From an uncultured delta proteobacterium (GTDB lineage Bacteria; Myxococcota_A; UBA9160; SMWR01): 64,000 nt of DNA. The notes under the pieces were generated by a model. It was not told the origin of the DNA and did not search any database. It saw nothing but the letters and a program-made list of their open reading frames with translations. Positions 37,898 to 51,005 of the stretch are shown here, one piece after another. Position numbers and translations under genes: made by a program. Within the stretch, counting starts at the first letter, position 1; each line of letters begins with the position of its first letter. The stretch lies in assembly GCA_963832165.1 (NCBI GenBank), contig CAWHTE010000007.1:320001-384000 (forward strand), given 5' to 3'.

Positions 37898-38764
37898 TCA
37901 CACCTCGAACACCACCTGACGCAGCCCCCAGGTGATCGGAGGCGCCGGCTCCTCGCCGTCGCGCAGCGCCGCGAGGGCTTCTCCGAGTTCGTCGCGCTCG
38001 GAGGCCGTCGTGCGCGCCGCCACGGCCGCGTGATCGCGCAGCGTCTCCCAGTTCAATGAGAACATACCGGCCGCATCGCGCGGGTCGACCGCGAGCTCGC
38101 GCACGCGGCTCTCGCGCACGCGCGCGTCGCGCACTGCGAGCGCGCCGATCCGCGCGCCCACGTAGAGACACTGCGACTGCGCCGCGAGCACCGCCTCGAC
38201 CAGCGCGAGATAGCGCCGGAACGGTTCGCCGTCGCTGCGGATCCACTCGACCTCGTCGAGGAGCAGGCGACCGCCGCGCGCGAGCTGCGACGCGAACAGG
38301 CCGATCGCGGCCTCGGGATCGGCGAGGTGCGAGACCAGGAAGCGCGCGAAGAGCGTGTCGGCGCGGCCGCAGGGGTAGGGCGCGGCGAGCGCGTCATGGC
38401 ACAAGAACTCGCAGCCCGCGGGCGCGCGCTCCTGCGCGAGCTCGACGTATGCGGGCGACGCGTCGAGTCCCACGCAGCGCTCGCTCGAGAGCACGCGCGC
38501 GAGCAGCTCGGTGGTGTGGCCGGGACCGCAGCCGAGGTCGACCGCGACTGCGCTGCCGCGCCGGCCCCAGGCCGCGATGAAGTCTTCCGATGCGGGCTCG
38601 AACACGCGCGCGACCAGCGCGAGGCGGCGCGCCGCGCGCTCGGAATCGCCGAACGCGTACATTGCCGGGCCTGCGCGCTCGCTGCTCGCTCGCGCTCGGG
38701 CTCCTGCCTTCGCTCGGCTCCGCCTCGCTGCGCGTCGGCCGACTTCGTCGGCCTCCTTGCTCAT
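37898..38764 (-). CDS. Class I SAM-dependent methyltransferase (alternative start 38662)
   Basis: [25 protein letters not shown] overlaps the upstream stop. Confidence 0.8.
   Translation of the reverse strand: MSKEADEVGRRAARRSRAKAGARARASSERAGPAMYAFGDSERAARRLALVARVFEPASEDFIAAWGRRGSAVAVDLGCGPGHTTELLARVLSSERCVGLDASPAYVELAQERAPAGCEFLCHDALAAPYPCGRADTLFARFLVSHLADPEAAIGLFASQLARGGRLLLDEVEWIRSDGEPFRRYLALVEAVLAAQSQCLYVGARIGALAVRDARVRESRVRELAVDPRDAAGMFSLNWETLRDHAAVAARTTASERDELGEALAALRDGEEPAPPITWGLRQVVFEV
38707..38753 (-). repeat. Subfamily B element copy plus adjacent GGCCGAC-GAA-GTCGGCC hairpin
   Basis: Minus strand CGCGCAGCGAGGCGGAGCCGAGCGAAGG (38734-38707). Perfect 7-bp hairpin at 38737-38753. Confidence 0.75.
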
Positions 38765-39255
38765 GCCCCGCCTGATGGTCTTCGCTCGCCTTCGGCTCGC
38801 TGCGCGAAACTTGCGGCCTCGATCACCTCGCGCGGCGCCTGCACGAGCTCGATCAGCACGCCCTCGCCACCGTTCTTCGGGTGGATGAAGCAGACGTCGT
38901 GCCCGGCCGCGCCCTTGCGGATGCCGCCCGGCGTGAAGCGGACGCCCTGGGCTTCGAGCCACGGCACCGCCGCGGCGAGGTCGTCCACCCAGAGTCCGAC
39001 ATGGTTCAGCGCGGGGTCGTGCACCTTCGGCTTGCCGTTCGGGTCGATCGGCTGCATCAGGTCGACCTCGACGCGGTGCGGACCCGCACCCGCCACCGCG
39101 ATGTCCTCGTCGACGTTCTCGCGCTCGCTGCGGAACTCGCCCTCGAGCGTGAGGCCCAGGAGATCGATCCAGAGCCGGCGCAGCGCGAGCTTGTCGGGCC
39201 CACCCACGGCGATCTGCTGCAATCCGAGCACCTTGAACGGTCGCGCCGCCATCAC
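38761..39255 (-). CDS. VOC family enzyme (methylmalonyl-CoA epimerase/glyoxalase-like)
   Basis: [31 protein letters not shown]-terminal tail is repeat-encoded. Confidence 0.85.
   Translation of the reverse strand: MMAARPFKVLGLQQIAVGGPDKLALRRLWIDLLGLTLEGEFRSERENVDEDIAVAGAGPHRVEVDLMQPIDPNGKPKVHDPALNHVGLWVDDLAAAVPWLEAQGVRFTPGGIRKGAAGHDVCFIHPKNGGEGVLIELVQAPREVIEAASFAQRAEGERRPSGGA
38774..38817 (-). repeat. Dispersed element copy encoding the VOC C-terminus
   Basis: GCCGCAAGTTTCGCGCAGCGAGCCGAAGGCGAGCGAAGACCATCA on the minus strand. Confidence 0.95.
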
Positions 39256-39863
39256 TCGCTTCCTCCATCGAAATCAGTCCCGATCCAGTAGCGCTCGGTC
39301 GTGCCCTTGCGGCTCGCGTCCGGGCGCAGCGAGCGCGCGCTCGCGAACCGAGCGCGCAGGCGCTGCTCCGCGGCCTGTGCCTCGGGACCCTCCATGAGCT
39401 TGAGCACGAGCGAACCCCCGCGCCGCAAAAGATCCGGCAGCGCGTCCTCGATCGCGGCGAGCAGCGACTCCTCGTGCGCGCGGTCCGTCGCGCGCACGCC
39501 CGTGAGCTTGGGCGCCGCGTCCGAGAGCAGCACGTCGGCCGGGCCGCCCGCTGCGGCGAGAACCGCTTCCCGGACCGCGGGTTGCGCGAGATCGCCCACT
39601 AAAGCGATCGCGTTCGCAAACTCGAGTGCGGGCTCGATCGCGGCCAGATCCACGCCCACCACGCGGCCCGTGGGCCCGACCTCGCGCGCGGCCACCTGCA
39701 TCCAGCCGCCCGGCCAGCAGCCGAGGTCGATCACGCGCTGGCCGTGCCGGAGCACCGACGTGCGGCGCTGGATCTCGATCAGCTTGTAGGCCGCGCGCGA
39801 GCGATAGCCCTCGCGCTTCGCGCGCTGGTGGAAGGAGTCCTTGCGCTGGTAGGGGCGGGCCAT
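39252..39863 (-). CDS. rlmE: 23S rRNA Um2552 methyltransferase
   Basis: [39 protein letters not shown]. Confidence 0.92.
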   Translation of the reverse strand: MARPYQRKDSFHQRAKREGYRSRAAYKLIEIQRRTSVLRHGQRVIDLGCWPGGWMQVAAREVGPTGRVVGVDLAAIEPALEFANAIALVGDLAQPAVREAVLAAAGGPADVLLSDAAPKLTGVRATDRAHEESLLAAIEDALPDLLRRGGSLVLKLMEGPEAQAAEQRLRARFASARSLRPDASRKGTTERYWIGTDFDGGSE

Positions 39864-39878
39864 GGCCGGCCCCGCGGC

Positions 39879-40523
39879 CTACCCGCGGGCCTTCACCGAG
39901 GCGCGAACGCGCACCACCCCGTCGTTGTGGCCGGGAACACCGCCGCGCACGAACAGCAGGCGCTTCTCGGGGTCGACGCGCACCACCTCGAGGTTCAGCG
40001 TGGTGACGCGCGCGTCGCCCATATGGCCCGGCATGCGCAGGCCCTTGATCACGCGGCCCGGGTACGAGCCGGGGCCGATCGAGCCGCCGTGGCGAAAGAC
40101 TTCGTGGGTGCCGTGGGTGCGCTTCTTGATCGAGAAATGGTGCCGCCTCACCACGCCCTGGTAGCCCTTGCCCTTCGAGGTGCCGATCACGTCTACGCGC
40201 TGGCCCGGGCTGAAGATGTCGACGGCGATCTCCCCGCCCACTTCGTACTTCTCGAGCTCCTCCGCGGGAACTCGGCTCTCGCGCAGCGCCTTGGGCGGCG
40301 GCACGTTGGCCTTCGCCGCGTGTCCCTGGAGCGGCTTGTTCGCGTGGCGCTGCGCGCGCTCGCCATAGCCGAGCTGGAGCGCGCTGTAGCCGTCGCGCTC
40401 GAGCGTCTTCTTCTGGACGATCCGATTGGGCTGCGCGTCCAGCACGGTGACGGGGATGCACTCCCCGGCCTCGTTGAAGAGCTGGGTCATGCCGATCTTG
40501 CGGCACATGAACTCGATCGCCAC
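39879..40523 (-). CDS. rplC: 50S ribosomal protein L3
   Basis: RKIGMTQ, PVTV, DGYSALQLG, SKGKGYQG, HGTHE, PGRVIKG.RMPGHMG, GGVPG. Confidence 0.96.
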   Translation of the reverse strand: MAIEFMCRKIGMTQLFNEAGECIPVTVLDAQPNRIVQKKTLERDGYSALQLGYGERAQRHANKPLQGHAAKANVPPPKALRESRVPAEELEKYEVGGEIAVDIFSPGQRVDVIGTSKGKGYQGVVRRHHFSIKKRTHGTHEVFRHGGSIGPGSYPGRVIKGLRMPGHMGDARVTTLNLEVVRVDPEKRLLFVRGGVPGHNDGVVRVRASVKARG

Positions 40524-40578
40524 GGGATGCCTCGGAGGCCCGGAGGGTTGGGGCCTGGAAGGGGAAAGAAGGGCGCCC

Positions 40579-40607
40579 ACTATAGAAAGTGACCCGGGGG
40601 CTGTCGA
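40579..40607 (-). promoter_or_regulatory. Sigma70-like promoter for rplC
   Basis: Minus strand TCGACA-N17-TATAGT, ~55 nt upstream of the rplC start. Confidence 0.65.
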
Positions 40608-40640
40608 GCGGGTCCCGGCGGGGAAGGGATCGCTTCCCGG

Positions 40641-41282
40641 CTACGGGACCTCGCGCACGAGCAGCCCCGTCGTCGACACGCGCACCTCGTAGCTCGCGGC
40701 GCGGTCCGCGCGCGTGAACGTGCTCGAGCCGTACTCGGCGTCGACGAGCGGAGCCAGCCACGGCAGGCGCGCGCGCCACGCGAACAGATCGACGCGGTGC
40801 TCGGGCGAGAGCGGGAACACGGTGCGCGGGCGCTGCTGCTCGTCTTCGATCCGCGTGTAGCGCCCCGTGACGCGGTCGAGCTCGTACGCGGTGTGGAGTC
40901 CGAGCAGGTTCGCCCAGGGATGCCACTTCAGGATCCGCGCCTCGATCGCGAACTGATCGCCCGCGAGCACGTAGTTGGCCTCGCTGCCGTCGGGCAGCAC
41001 GATCCGCGCCTCGAACGCCTGCGGGCCGGTCGGCACGGTGTAGACGGTCGCCGCGAGCTCCTCGAACGTGAGCGCGCGATAGCCCGACAGGCCCGCGATC
41101 ACCACCGCACACAGCGCGCTCGCCGCGAGCAGCGCGAGCGCGAGCAGCAGCGAGAGCGCGCCCGCGCCGAGCCGCATGGCGCCGCGCGGCGAGCGGCGCA
41201 CCAGCGCGATCGCCACGACCGCGCACAGCGCGGCGCTCGCTGCGCACAGCGCTGCGGCGTAGAACAGCGGATCGAAGGTCAT
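40641..41282 (-). CDS. Conserved hypothetical membrane protein
   Basis: Two TM helices, then YRALTFE, EARILKW, VDAEYGS. Confidence 0.7.
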   Translation of the reverse strand: MTFDPLFYAAALCAASAALCAVVAIALVRRSPRGAMRLGAGALSLLLALALLAASALCAVVIAGLSGYRALTFEELAATVYTVPTGPQAFEARIVLPDGSEANYVLAGDQFAIEARILKWHPWANLLGLHTAYELDRVTGRYTRIEDEQQRPRTVFPLSPEHRVDLFAWRARLPWLAPLVDAEYGSSTFTRADRAASYEVRVSTTGLLVREVP

Positions 41283-41881
41283 GCGCGCGCCTCCCGAAGC
41301 ATGCGCCAGATTACGGGACCGCCCTGGATCGCGAGCTCGCCCAGCACTCGGAACCCGTGGCGCTCGTAGAAGGGCACGTTCGCGCGTTTCGACGACTCGA
41401 GATAGGCCGGAACGCGATCGGCGTCACAGCGCGCGAGGATCGGCGCGAGCAGCGCCGACCCGACGCCGCGGCCCTGGTGGCGCGGATCGGTGCCGAGCAC
41501 CGCGAGATACCAGTGCGGCTCGAGCGGATGCGCGCGCTCGATCCGCGCGAGCTGCTCGCCCACCGCGCGGGCGCGGCGCCCGAGCGCGGCGTACCAGCGC
41601 ACCGCCATCGCGAGCCGCTCCCCCAGCGAGGGAATCTGCGGGTAGGGCGGAACCCAGAACGACGCACCCTCGCGCGCCTCGGTCGTGAACACGCTCTCGT
41701 GTCGCAGCATGTCGCCCATCACCATCGCGAAGAACGCGTCGCTCGCGATCGCCCAGTCGAATTCGTTCGGCAGGATCCAGCGATGGACCGGATCGTCGCG
41801 AAACGCGCGCGCGAGTGCGAGCGACACCGCGCGCAGGTCGTCGGCGCGCGCGTTGCGCACGCACGGGGCCGGCAGGTTCAC
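41279..41881 (-). CDS. GNAT family N-acetyltransferase
   Basis: HWYLAVLGTDPRHQGRGVGSAL, AYLESS, NVPFYERHGF. Confidence 0.9.
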   Translation of the reverse strand: MNLPAPCVRNARADDLRAVSLALARAFRDDPVHRWILPNEFDWAIASDAFFAMVMGDMLRHESVFTTEAREGASFWVPPYPQIPSLGERLAMAVRWYAALGRRARAVGEQLARIERAHPLEPHWYLAVLGTDPRHQGRGVGSALLAPILARCDADRVPAYLESSKRANVPFYERHGFRVLGELAIQGGPVIWRMLREARA

Positions 41882-42372
41882 TGCGGCGCGCTCGCAGCGA
41901 ACGGCGCGTCGCAGCGGTGGGTGTCGCGGATGCGGCGCAGCGCTTCGAGCGAGCCGCCCCAGCTGCGCCAGCCCGCCTCGACCGCTTCCCAGCCGCGCGC
42001 CGCGACTACGCCGTCGCGGAACACCACGGGCACGTCGTCGACCTGGACGTCCGGGCAGCCCTCGGCGCTGCGCGCGGCCACCACGTAGACCTCGATCCGC
42101 AGCGAATCTCCGGTGGGCGTCTCGAGCGAGACCTGTCGCAGCGGGCTCGGAAACGGTTCCGCGGGGTGCCCGGGCCGGTGTACCGGATCGCGGCCCAGGA
42201 TCGCGTGGGCCTCCACCGCGCTCTGGCCGACCGCGACTCGCTCGACGCGCGCGCGCATCGCGAAATCCTGGATCGCGGCGGACTCGCGGGCACCCTCGCG
42301 CGCACTCCCGGACGCGCAGCCGAGCGCGGCGAGCGCGATCGCGGCCGCGCGCGCGTACCCTCTGCACCTCAT
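41878..42372 (-). CDS. Putative lipoprotein (DUF3192-like)
   Basis: Lipobox ALGC and C...PVVFRDGVVAARGW motif. Confidence 0.55.
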   Translation of the reverse strand: MRCRGYARAAAIALAALGCASGSAREGARESAAIQDFAMRARVERVAVGQSAVEAHAILGRDPVHRPGHPAEPFPSPLRQVSLETPTGDSLRIEVYVVAARSAEGCPDVQVDDVPVVFRDGVVAARGWEAVEAGWRSWGGSLEALRRIRDTHRCDAPFAASAPQ

Positions 42373-42387
42373 CCCAGGAGACTAGCC

Positions 42388-42849
42388 ATGCGAAACCGCC
42401 GTGCGCTCCCGTGCGCACTCGCGATCTCTCTGCTCCTGCTCGCGGCCGCGCCCGCGAGCGACCCCGCGCCTACCGTGGACGCACTGCTCGGGGCGCAGCG
42501 CGTGCGCATACCGCTCGCCGCGCTCGCCGAACGCGCGCCGCTCGCGCCGCAAGAGGACTTCCGCGTCGTGGAGCTCGGGCGCGACACCGCCACGAGCCAC
42601 CACCTCGTCGCGATCCGCGGCGCGGAGAAGCCGCACCGCCACGATCGCCACGACCTGTTCGTGGTGGTCGTGCGCGGGCACGGCACGATGCGGATCGGCG
42701 ATGCCGCGCTGCCGGTCGGCGAGCACAGCGTCCTCTACGTGCCGCGCGGCACCGTGCACGCGTTCGCGAACGAGAGCGGCGGGCCCGCGCTCGCGTACGT
42801 GCTCTATACGCCGCCGTTCGACGGCGTGGACCGCGTCGACGCGCGCTAG
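42388..42849 (+). CDS. Secreted cupin domain protein
   Basis: Signal peptide, PHRHDRHD, VPRGTVHAF. RBS AGGAG. Confidence 0.82.
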   Translation: MRNRRALPCALAISLLLLAAAPASDPAPTVDALLGAQRVRIPLAALAERAPLAPQEDFRVVELGRDTATSHHLVAIRGAEKPHRHDRHDLFVVVVRGHGTMRIGDAALPVGEHSVLYVPRGTVHAFANESGGPALAYVLYTPPFDGVDRVDAR

Positions 42850-43127
42850 ATCTCGTTTACGTGGACGATCGTCGGCGCTCCGGCGATCAGCGCGCCGAAC
42901 TGCGCGCCCACGCTCGCGAGGTTCTTGCCGTGGATCTTGAGGGCCTCGTCGCTCTCGTACTTCTCGTACAGGATGAACGTGGTCGGATCGTCCTTCCGCT
43001 GGTGCGGCAGATAGACGAGCGTGCCCTTCTCCTTGGCGAGCGTGTCGGCGGCCAGCTGCTTCAGGAAGCTCTTCGCCTCCTCGACCTTGTCTTCCTTCAC
43101 CTTGATCGTCGCGACGATGCTGGGCAT
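42846..43127 (-). CDS. ABM/putative quinol monooxygenase
   Basis: EKGTLVY, FILYEKYESDEALKIH. RBS AGGAG. Confidence 0.85.
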   Translation of the reverse strand: MPSIVATIKVKEDKVEEAKSFLKQLAADTLAKEKGTLVYLPHQRKDDPTTFILYEKYESDEALKIHGKNLASVGAQFGALIAGAPTIVHVNEI

Positions 43128-43301
43128 CGGGGGGTCTCCTGTGCTTTCGGGCGCGTGAGGGGAGCACGGTCGCAGGCTCGGTGACCCCGCGTCAAGCGCC
43201 GGGTACCCTCGGCCGAGAATCTCGAGAAGGACTCGCCTCGCACCCCCCACCCCCAGGTGGGCGGTGTCGGGGCTTTCGTGCGTGCGCGCACAGGAAGTTC
43301 G

Positions 43302-46949
<3,648 letters not shown>

Positions 46950-47016
46950 TCCGTACGCGATGTGCGGGCGCCGCAGTGAGGTGCTAACTCGGTACTCCCC
47001 TTTCCAGGAGAGCACG

Positions 47017-47553
47017 ATGAAATCCGATCAGCGGTCCGTAGCCGGCCTAGCGATTGTGATCCTGTCGATGGCCGTCGCGTGCGACCGGGCCTCGGCACCC
47101 GCGCTCGTCGAAGACACGCCGGAGAATCGCTCTGCTCAGATCGAGCGCTATTTCGCGGCCATGCCCCCCGAGGCCCTGGTCACGGACATGGTCGACAACA
47201 TCGCGACGCGCTTGCCCGATGATCAGCGCGCGCACTTCGTCGATCTGATGAAGAAGAACGTCGATGTGCCGAAGCTTCGTTCGATCATGCAGGAGGGAAT
47301 GGCGAAGAACTTTACCGCCGGCGAACTGAGCGCACTGGCCGACTTCTATGGATCGGAGCTCGGCAAGTCCGCGAACGAGAAGTTCGGAACCTACATGGCG
47401 GAAGTGATGCCTGCGGTCCAGGCGGAGATCGTGACGGCGGTGGGCAAGGTGCAGGGTGAGTTCGCAGCGAAGCAGGAGCCGTCGGCCCCGCCCGCCACGA
47501 AGACAGAGCCGGCGCCCGAGGCTGCCGCTCCAGCGCCGGCGGAGATGAATTAG
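47017..47553 (+). CDS. DUF2059-like lipoprotein
   Basis: Lipobox AVAC, FTAGELSALADFYGSELGK. RBS AGGAG. Confidence 0.75.
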   Translation: MKSDQRSVAGLAIVILSMAVACDRASAPALVEDTPENRSAQIERYFAAMPPEALVTDMVDNIATRLPDDQRAHFVDLMKKNVDVPKLRSIMQEGMAKNFTAGELSALADFYGSELGKSANEKFGTYMAEVMPAVQAEIVTAVGKVQGEFAAKQEPSAPPATKTEPAPEAAAPAPAEMN

Positions 47554-48554
47554 TCGCGCGCTCCGAATCGCCGCCGGTACGCCGCGGGCGATAGACCCGT
47601 GTGGCGCTTGAACAGCCCGCGGAAGAACGCCGCGTCTCCGTAGCCGACCGACATGCCGACCTCCGACACGCCGCGGTGATCGTCCTCGAGCATGCGCTGC
47701 GCCGCGCGCACGCGCAGGCGCTGGAGATAGTCGAGCGGCGTGGTGCCCGTGGCGTCCTTGAACCGGCGCATGAAGTTGCGCGGGCTCATGCCGAGCTCGC
47801 GCGCGAGTGCGTCGAAGCGCACGTCTTCACGGCAGTGCCCTTGGATCCATCGCTCGGCGCGGCGCACCGACTCGTCGTCGTGGCGCGCGCCCACCGGCAG
47901 CACGGAGAAGCCGGCCTGGCACTCGCGCGGCATGTCGAGCACGAGCGCCTTGGCGCACTCGCGCGCGGTGTCGCGGCCCGCGAGCCGGTCGACGAGGTAG
48001 AGCGCCAGGTCGAGCGCCGCGTGTACACCGCCGCCGCAGTAGACGCCGTCTTCCTCCGTGACCAGGTCGTCGGGCTGCCAGCGCGCTCTCGGGAAGCGCG
48101 TGCGCATCTCGTCGACGAGCGCCCAGTGGGTGGTGGCGGCGCGGCCGTCGAGCAGCCCCGCGGCGCCGAGCAGCGAGACGCCCGAGCACACACCCGCGAC
48201 GCGCGCGCCGCGCGCGTGGACCTCGCGCAGAAAATCGACGATCGGCGCGTTGCGCGCGATCACCTCGCCGATCGGGAGCCCGCCCGAGGACACGAACACG
48301 AGGTCGCTGTGCGCCACCGCGTCGAGCGCGTCATCGGGCTGGATCCGGTACGGCGAGTTCGGGCACACGGGTGCGCCGTCGATCGACGCACTGCGCACGC
48401 GGAAGCACGGCGCGTGGGGCTGGCCGGCGAGCTCGTTCCAGAGCACGCCCGCATCGCGGAAGACCTCGAGCGGCCCGACCGCGGTGGAGGCGTGTCCGCC
48501 CTCGAGGAACAGCACGCTGACCTCGATCGAGTCGTTTGTCTGGATCACCACCAT
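47550..48554 (-). CDS. GlxA family (DJ-1/PfpI + AraC HTH) regulator
   Basis: VCSG, GLLDGRAATTHW, MSPRNFMRRFK, VGYGDAAFFRGLFKR. Confidence 0.92.
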   Translation of the reverse strand: MVVIQTNDSIEVSVLFLEGGHASTAVGPLEVFRDAGVLWNELAGQPHAPCFRVRSASIDGAPVCPNSPYRIQPDDALDAVAHSDLVFVSSGGLPIGEVIARNAPIVDFLREVHARGARVAGVCSGVSLLGAAGLLDGRAATTHWALVDEMRTRFPRARWQPDDLVTEEDGVYCGGGVHAALDLALYLVDRLAGRDTARECAKALVLDMPRECQAGFSVLPVGARHDDESVRRAERWIQGHCREDVRFDALARELGMSPRNFMRRFKDATGTTPLDYLQRLRVRAAQRMLEDDHRGVSEVGMSVGYGDAAFFRGLFKRHTGLSPAAYRRRFGARD

Positions 48555-48626
48555 ACGTTGGCATATCAGCCATCTGGTAGCGAGGTCGGGCGAGGCGCAG
48601 ACTGGCGCCACACAAGGAGGACCGAC

Positions 48627-48902
48627 ATGCGTAAGTTCCTGATCGAGCGAAGGATCCCGGGCGTCGAACAGCTGGACTCGTGCGGGCTCGCCGACGCCGC
48701 GAAGAAGTCGAACGGCGTGCTGGCCGAGCTCTCGCCCCGGGCGCAGTGGATCGAGTCCTACGTCGTGGACGGGGGCACGGTGTGCGTCTACCTCGCCGAC
48801 GACGAGCAGGCGATCCGCGACCACGCCGCCAAGAGCGGCTTCCCGGCCAACAAGATCACCGAAGTGCTCCGGATGATCGATCCGACCACGGCCATCGGCT
48901 GA
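48627..48902 (+). CDS. DUF4242 family small protein
   Basis: FLIERRIPG, WIESYV, CVYLA, HAAKSGFPANKI. RBS AAGGAGG. Confidence 0.85.
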   Translation: MRKFLIERRIPGVEQLDSCGLADAAKKSNGVLAELSPRAQWIESYVVDGGTVCVYLADDEQAIRDHAAKSGFPANKITEVLRMIDPTTAIG

Positions 48903-48962
48903 CGACCGAGGCGTCACCCGATCTACACGGCCGCGGTCGGACCGCCGATCTACTCTGGTGGA

Positions 48963-51005
48963 ATGCGCCACTCCGCCGAGCGCTTCTTCAACCGCGAGCT
49001 GTCCTGGCTCGACTTCGACCGCCGCGTGCTCGAGCTCGCGCGCGACGCGGGTCGACCCGTGCTCGAGCGGGCGAAGTTCCTCGCGATCTTCTCGCGCAAT
49101 CTCGACGAGTTCTTCCAGGTGCGGGTGTCCGAGCTCCAGGACCTCGTGGCCGAGCGCGACGAGACGCCCGCGCCCGACGGACTCACGCCCGCGGCGCAGC
49201 TCGCCGCGATCCGCGAGCGCGTCCTCGAGCTGTTCGCGGCCGCGCACGAGACGTTCGAGCGCGAGCTGCGCCCCGCGCTGCGCGGCGCGGGCATCGACAT
49301 CGTGCGCTGGCAAGACCTCACCGACGAGGAGCGCGCGGGCACGCTCGCGCCGTTCGACGAGCAGATCTCGCCGGTGCTGATCCCGCTCGGCGTCGACCCG
49401 ACGCACCCGTTCCCGTTCGTCTCGGGTCTCTCGCTCTCGGTGGGCGCGTTCGTGCAGGCGCGCGGCGGCGGTCCGCGCCGGCTCGCGCGCGTGAAAGTGC
49501 CCGCCTTCCTGCCGCGCTGGTGGGAGGTCGGCCCGGGCCGCTACACGCCCGTCGAGGAGGTGATCCGCGCGCACTTCGGCCTCTTGTTTCCCGAAGACGA
49601 GATCGCGGGCGCGAGCTTCTTCCGCGTGACGCGCGACGCCGATCTCGAGCTCGACGAAGACCGCACCACGGGCGATCTCGTGAAGCAGGTGGAGGCGGGC
49701 CTGTACCGGCGCCGCCGCGCGAGCGATGCGGTGCGCCTCGAGGTGGCGGCCGGCTTCGATCCGCGGATCCGCGACCTGCTCCTGCGCGAGCTGCGTCTCG
49801 AGCGCGACGACCTGTACGAGGTGCCCGGGCTGCTCGATCTGGGCGGGCTGTCCGAGCTCCACGAGCGCGCGCCGTCCGAGCACAAAGACGCGCCGTGGAT
49901 TCCGGCCGAGGTGTTCCGCGGTCGACTCGGTGCAGAGCGCGTGGGCGAGGCCGTGTTCCGCACGCTGCGCGAGCGCGACGTGCTCGTGCACCATCCCTAC
50001 GAGAGCTTCGAGAGCTCGGTGGGCACGTTCCTCACCGCGGCCGCCGAGGATCCCGCGGTGCGCGTGATCATGACCACGCTCTACCGCACGGGCGGCTCGG
50101 AGAGCAGCATCGTGCAGGCGCTCCAGGGCGCGGCCGCGCGCGGCAAGCAGATCGTCGTGCTCGTCGAGCTCAAGGCGCGCTTCGACGAGGCGAGCAACCT
50201 CGAGCGCGCGCGATTCCTCGAGCGCGCAGGCGCGCACGTGGTGTATGGGGTGCTCGGCTTGAAGACCCACACCAAGCTCGCGTTCGTCGTGCGCGAGGAA
50301 GCGGGGCGGCTGCAGCGCTACTGCCACGTCGCGACGGGCAACTACAACCCGGTCACGGCCGCGCTCTACGAAGACGTCGGCCTGTTCACGAGCCGCGAGG
50401 ACGTCACGCGCGACGTCGCGGAGATGTTCCAGCGCCTCACGAGCGGAAGCGGCTGGCGATCCTACGAGAAGCTGCTCGTGGCGCCCGAGGGTCTGCGCGC
50501 GGGAATGCTCGAGCGGATCGCGCGCGAGGCGCGCCCGGGCGGCCGGATCATCGCGAAGCTGAACGGGCTCTCCGATCCGACCGTGATCGACGCGCTCTAC
50601 GACGCGTCGGCCGCGGGCGCGGAGATCGACCTGATCGTGCGCGGCATCTGCTGCCTGCGACCCGGCGTCGCGGGCCTGTCCGAGCGGATCCGGGTGCGCT
50701 CGGTGCTCGGCCGTTATCTCGAGCACTCGCGCATCTTCCGCTTCGGCGCGCCGGGCCAGGGCGAGACCTGGATCGGCTCCGCCGACCTGATGCAGCGCAA
50801 CCTCGATCTGCGCGTCGAGGCGCTCGTGTCCGTGGAAGACTCCGCGCTCGTGGCGCGCATCGACGCGCTGCTCGCGATCTATCTCGACGCGGAGTCACGC
50901 GTGTTCTGTCTCGCGCCCGACGGCTCATGGAAGTGCACGGGCAGCGTCGACGTGCAGGAGCGGATCCGCGCGCTCACTCCGCCGTCGGGAGCTCCAGCGG
51001 TGTGA
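48963..51005 (+). CDS. ppk1: Polyphosphate kinase 1
   Basis: NRELSWL, NLDEFF, HPFP, HHPYESF, ELKARFDE, KTHTK, LEHSR, SADLM.RN. Confidence 0.96.
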   Translation: MRHSAERFFNRELSWLDFDRRVLELARDAGRPVLERAKFLAIFSRNLDEFFQVRVSELQDLVAERDETPAPDGLTPAAQLAAIRERVLELFAAAHETFERELRPALRGAGIDIVRWQDLTDEERAGTLAPFDEQISPVLIPLGVDPTHPFPFVSGLSLSVGAFVQARGGGPRRLARVKVPAFLPRWWEVGPGRYTPVEEVIRAHFGLLFPEDEIAGASFFRVTRDADLELDEDRTTGDLVKQVEAGLYRRRRASDAVRLEVAAGFDPRIRDLLLRELRLERDDLYEVPGLLDLGGLSELHERAPSEHKDAPWIPAEVFRGRLGAERVGEAVFRTLRERDVLVHHPYESFESSVGTFLTAAAEDPAVRVIMTTLYRTGGSESSIVQALQGAAARGKQIVVLVELKARFDEASNLERARFLERAGAHVVYGVLGLKTHTKLAFVVREEAGRLQRYCHVATGNYNPVTAALYEDVGLFTSREDVTRDVAEMFQRLTSGSGWRSYEKLLVAPEGLRAGMLERIAREARPGGRIIAKLNGLSDPTVIDALYDASAAGAEIDLIVRGICCLRPGVAGLSERIRVRSVLGRYLEHSRIFRFGAPGQGETWIGSADLMQRNLDLRVEALVSVEDSALVARIDALLAIYLDAESRVFCLAPDGSWKCTGSVDVQERIRALTPPSGAPAV

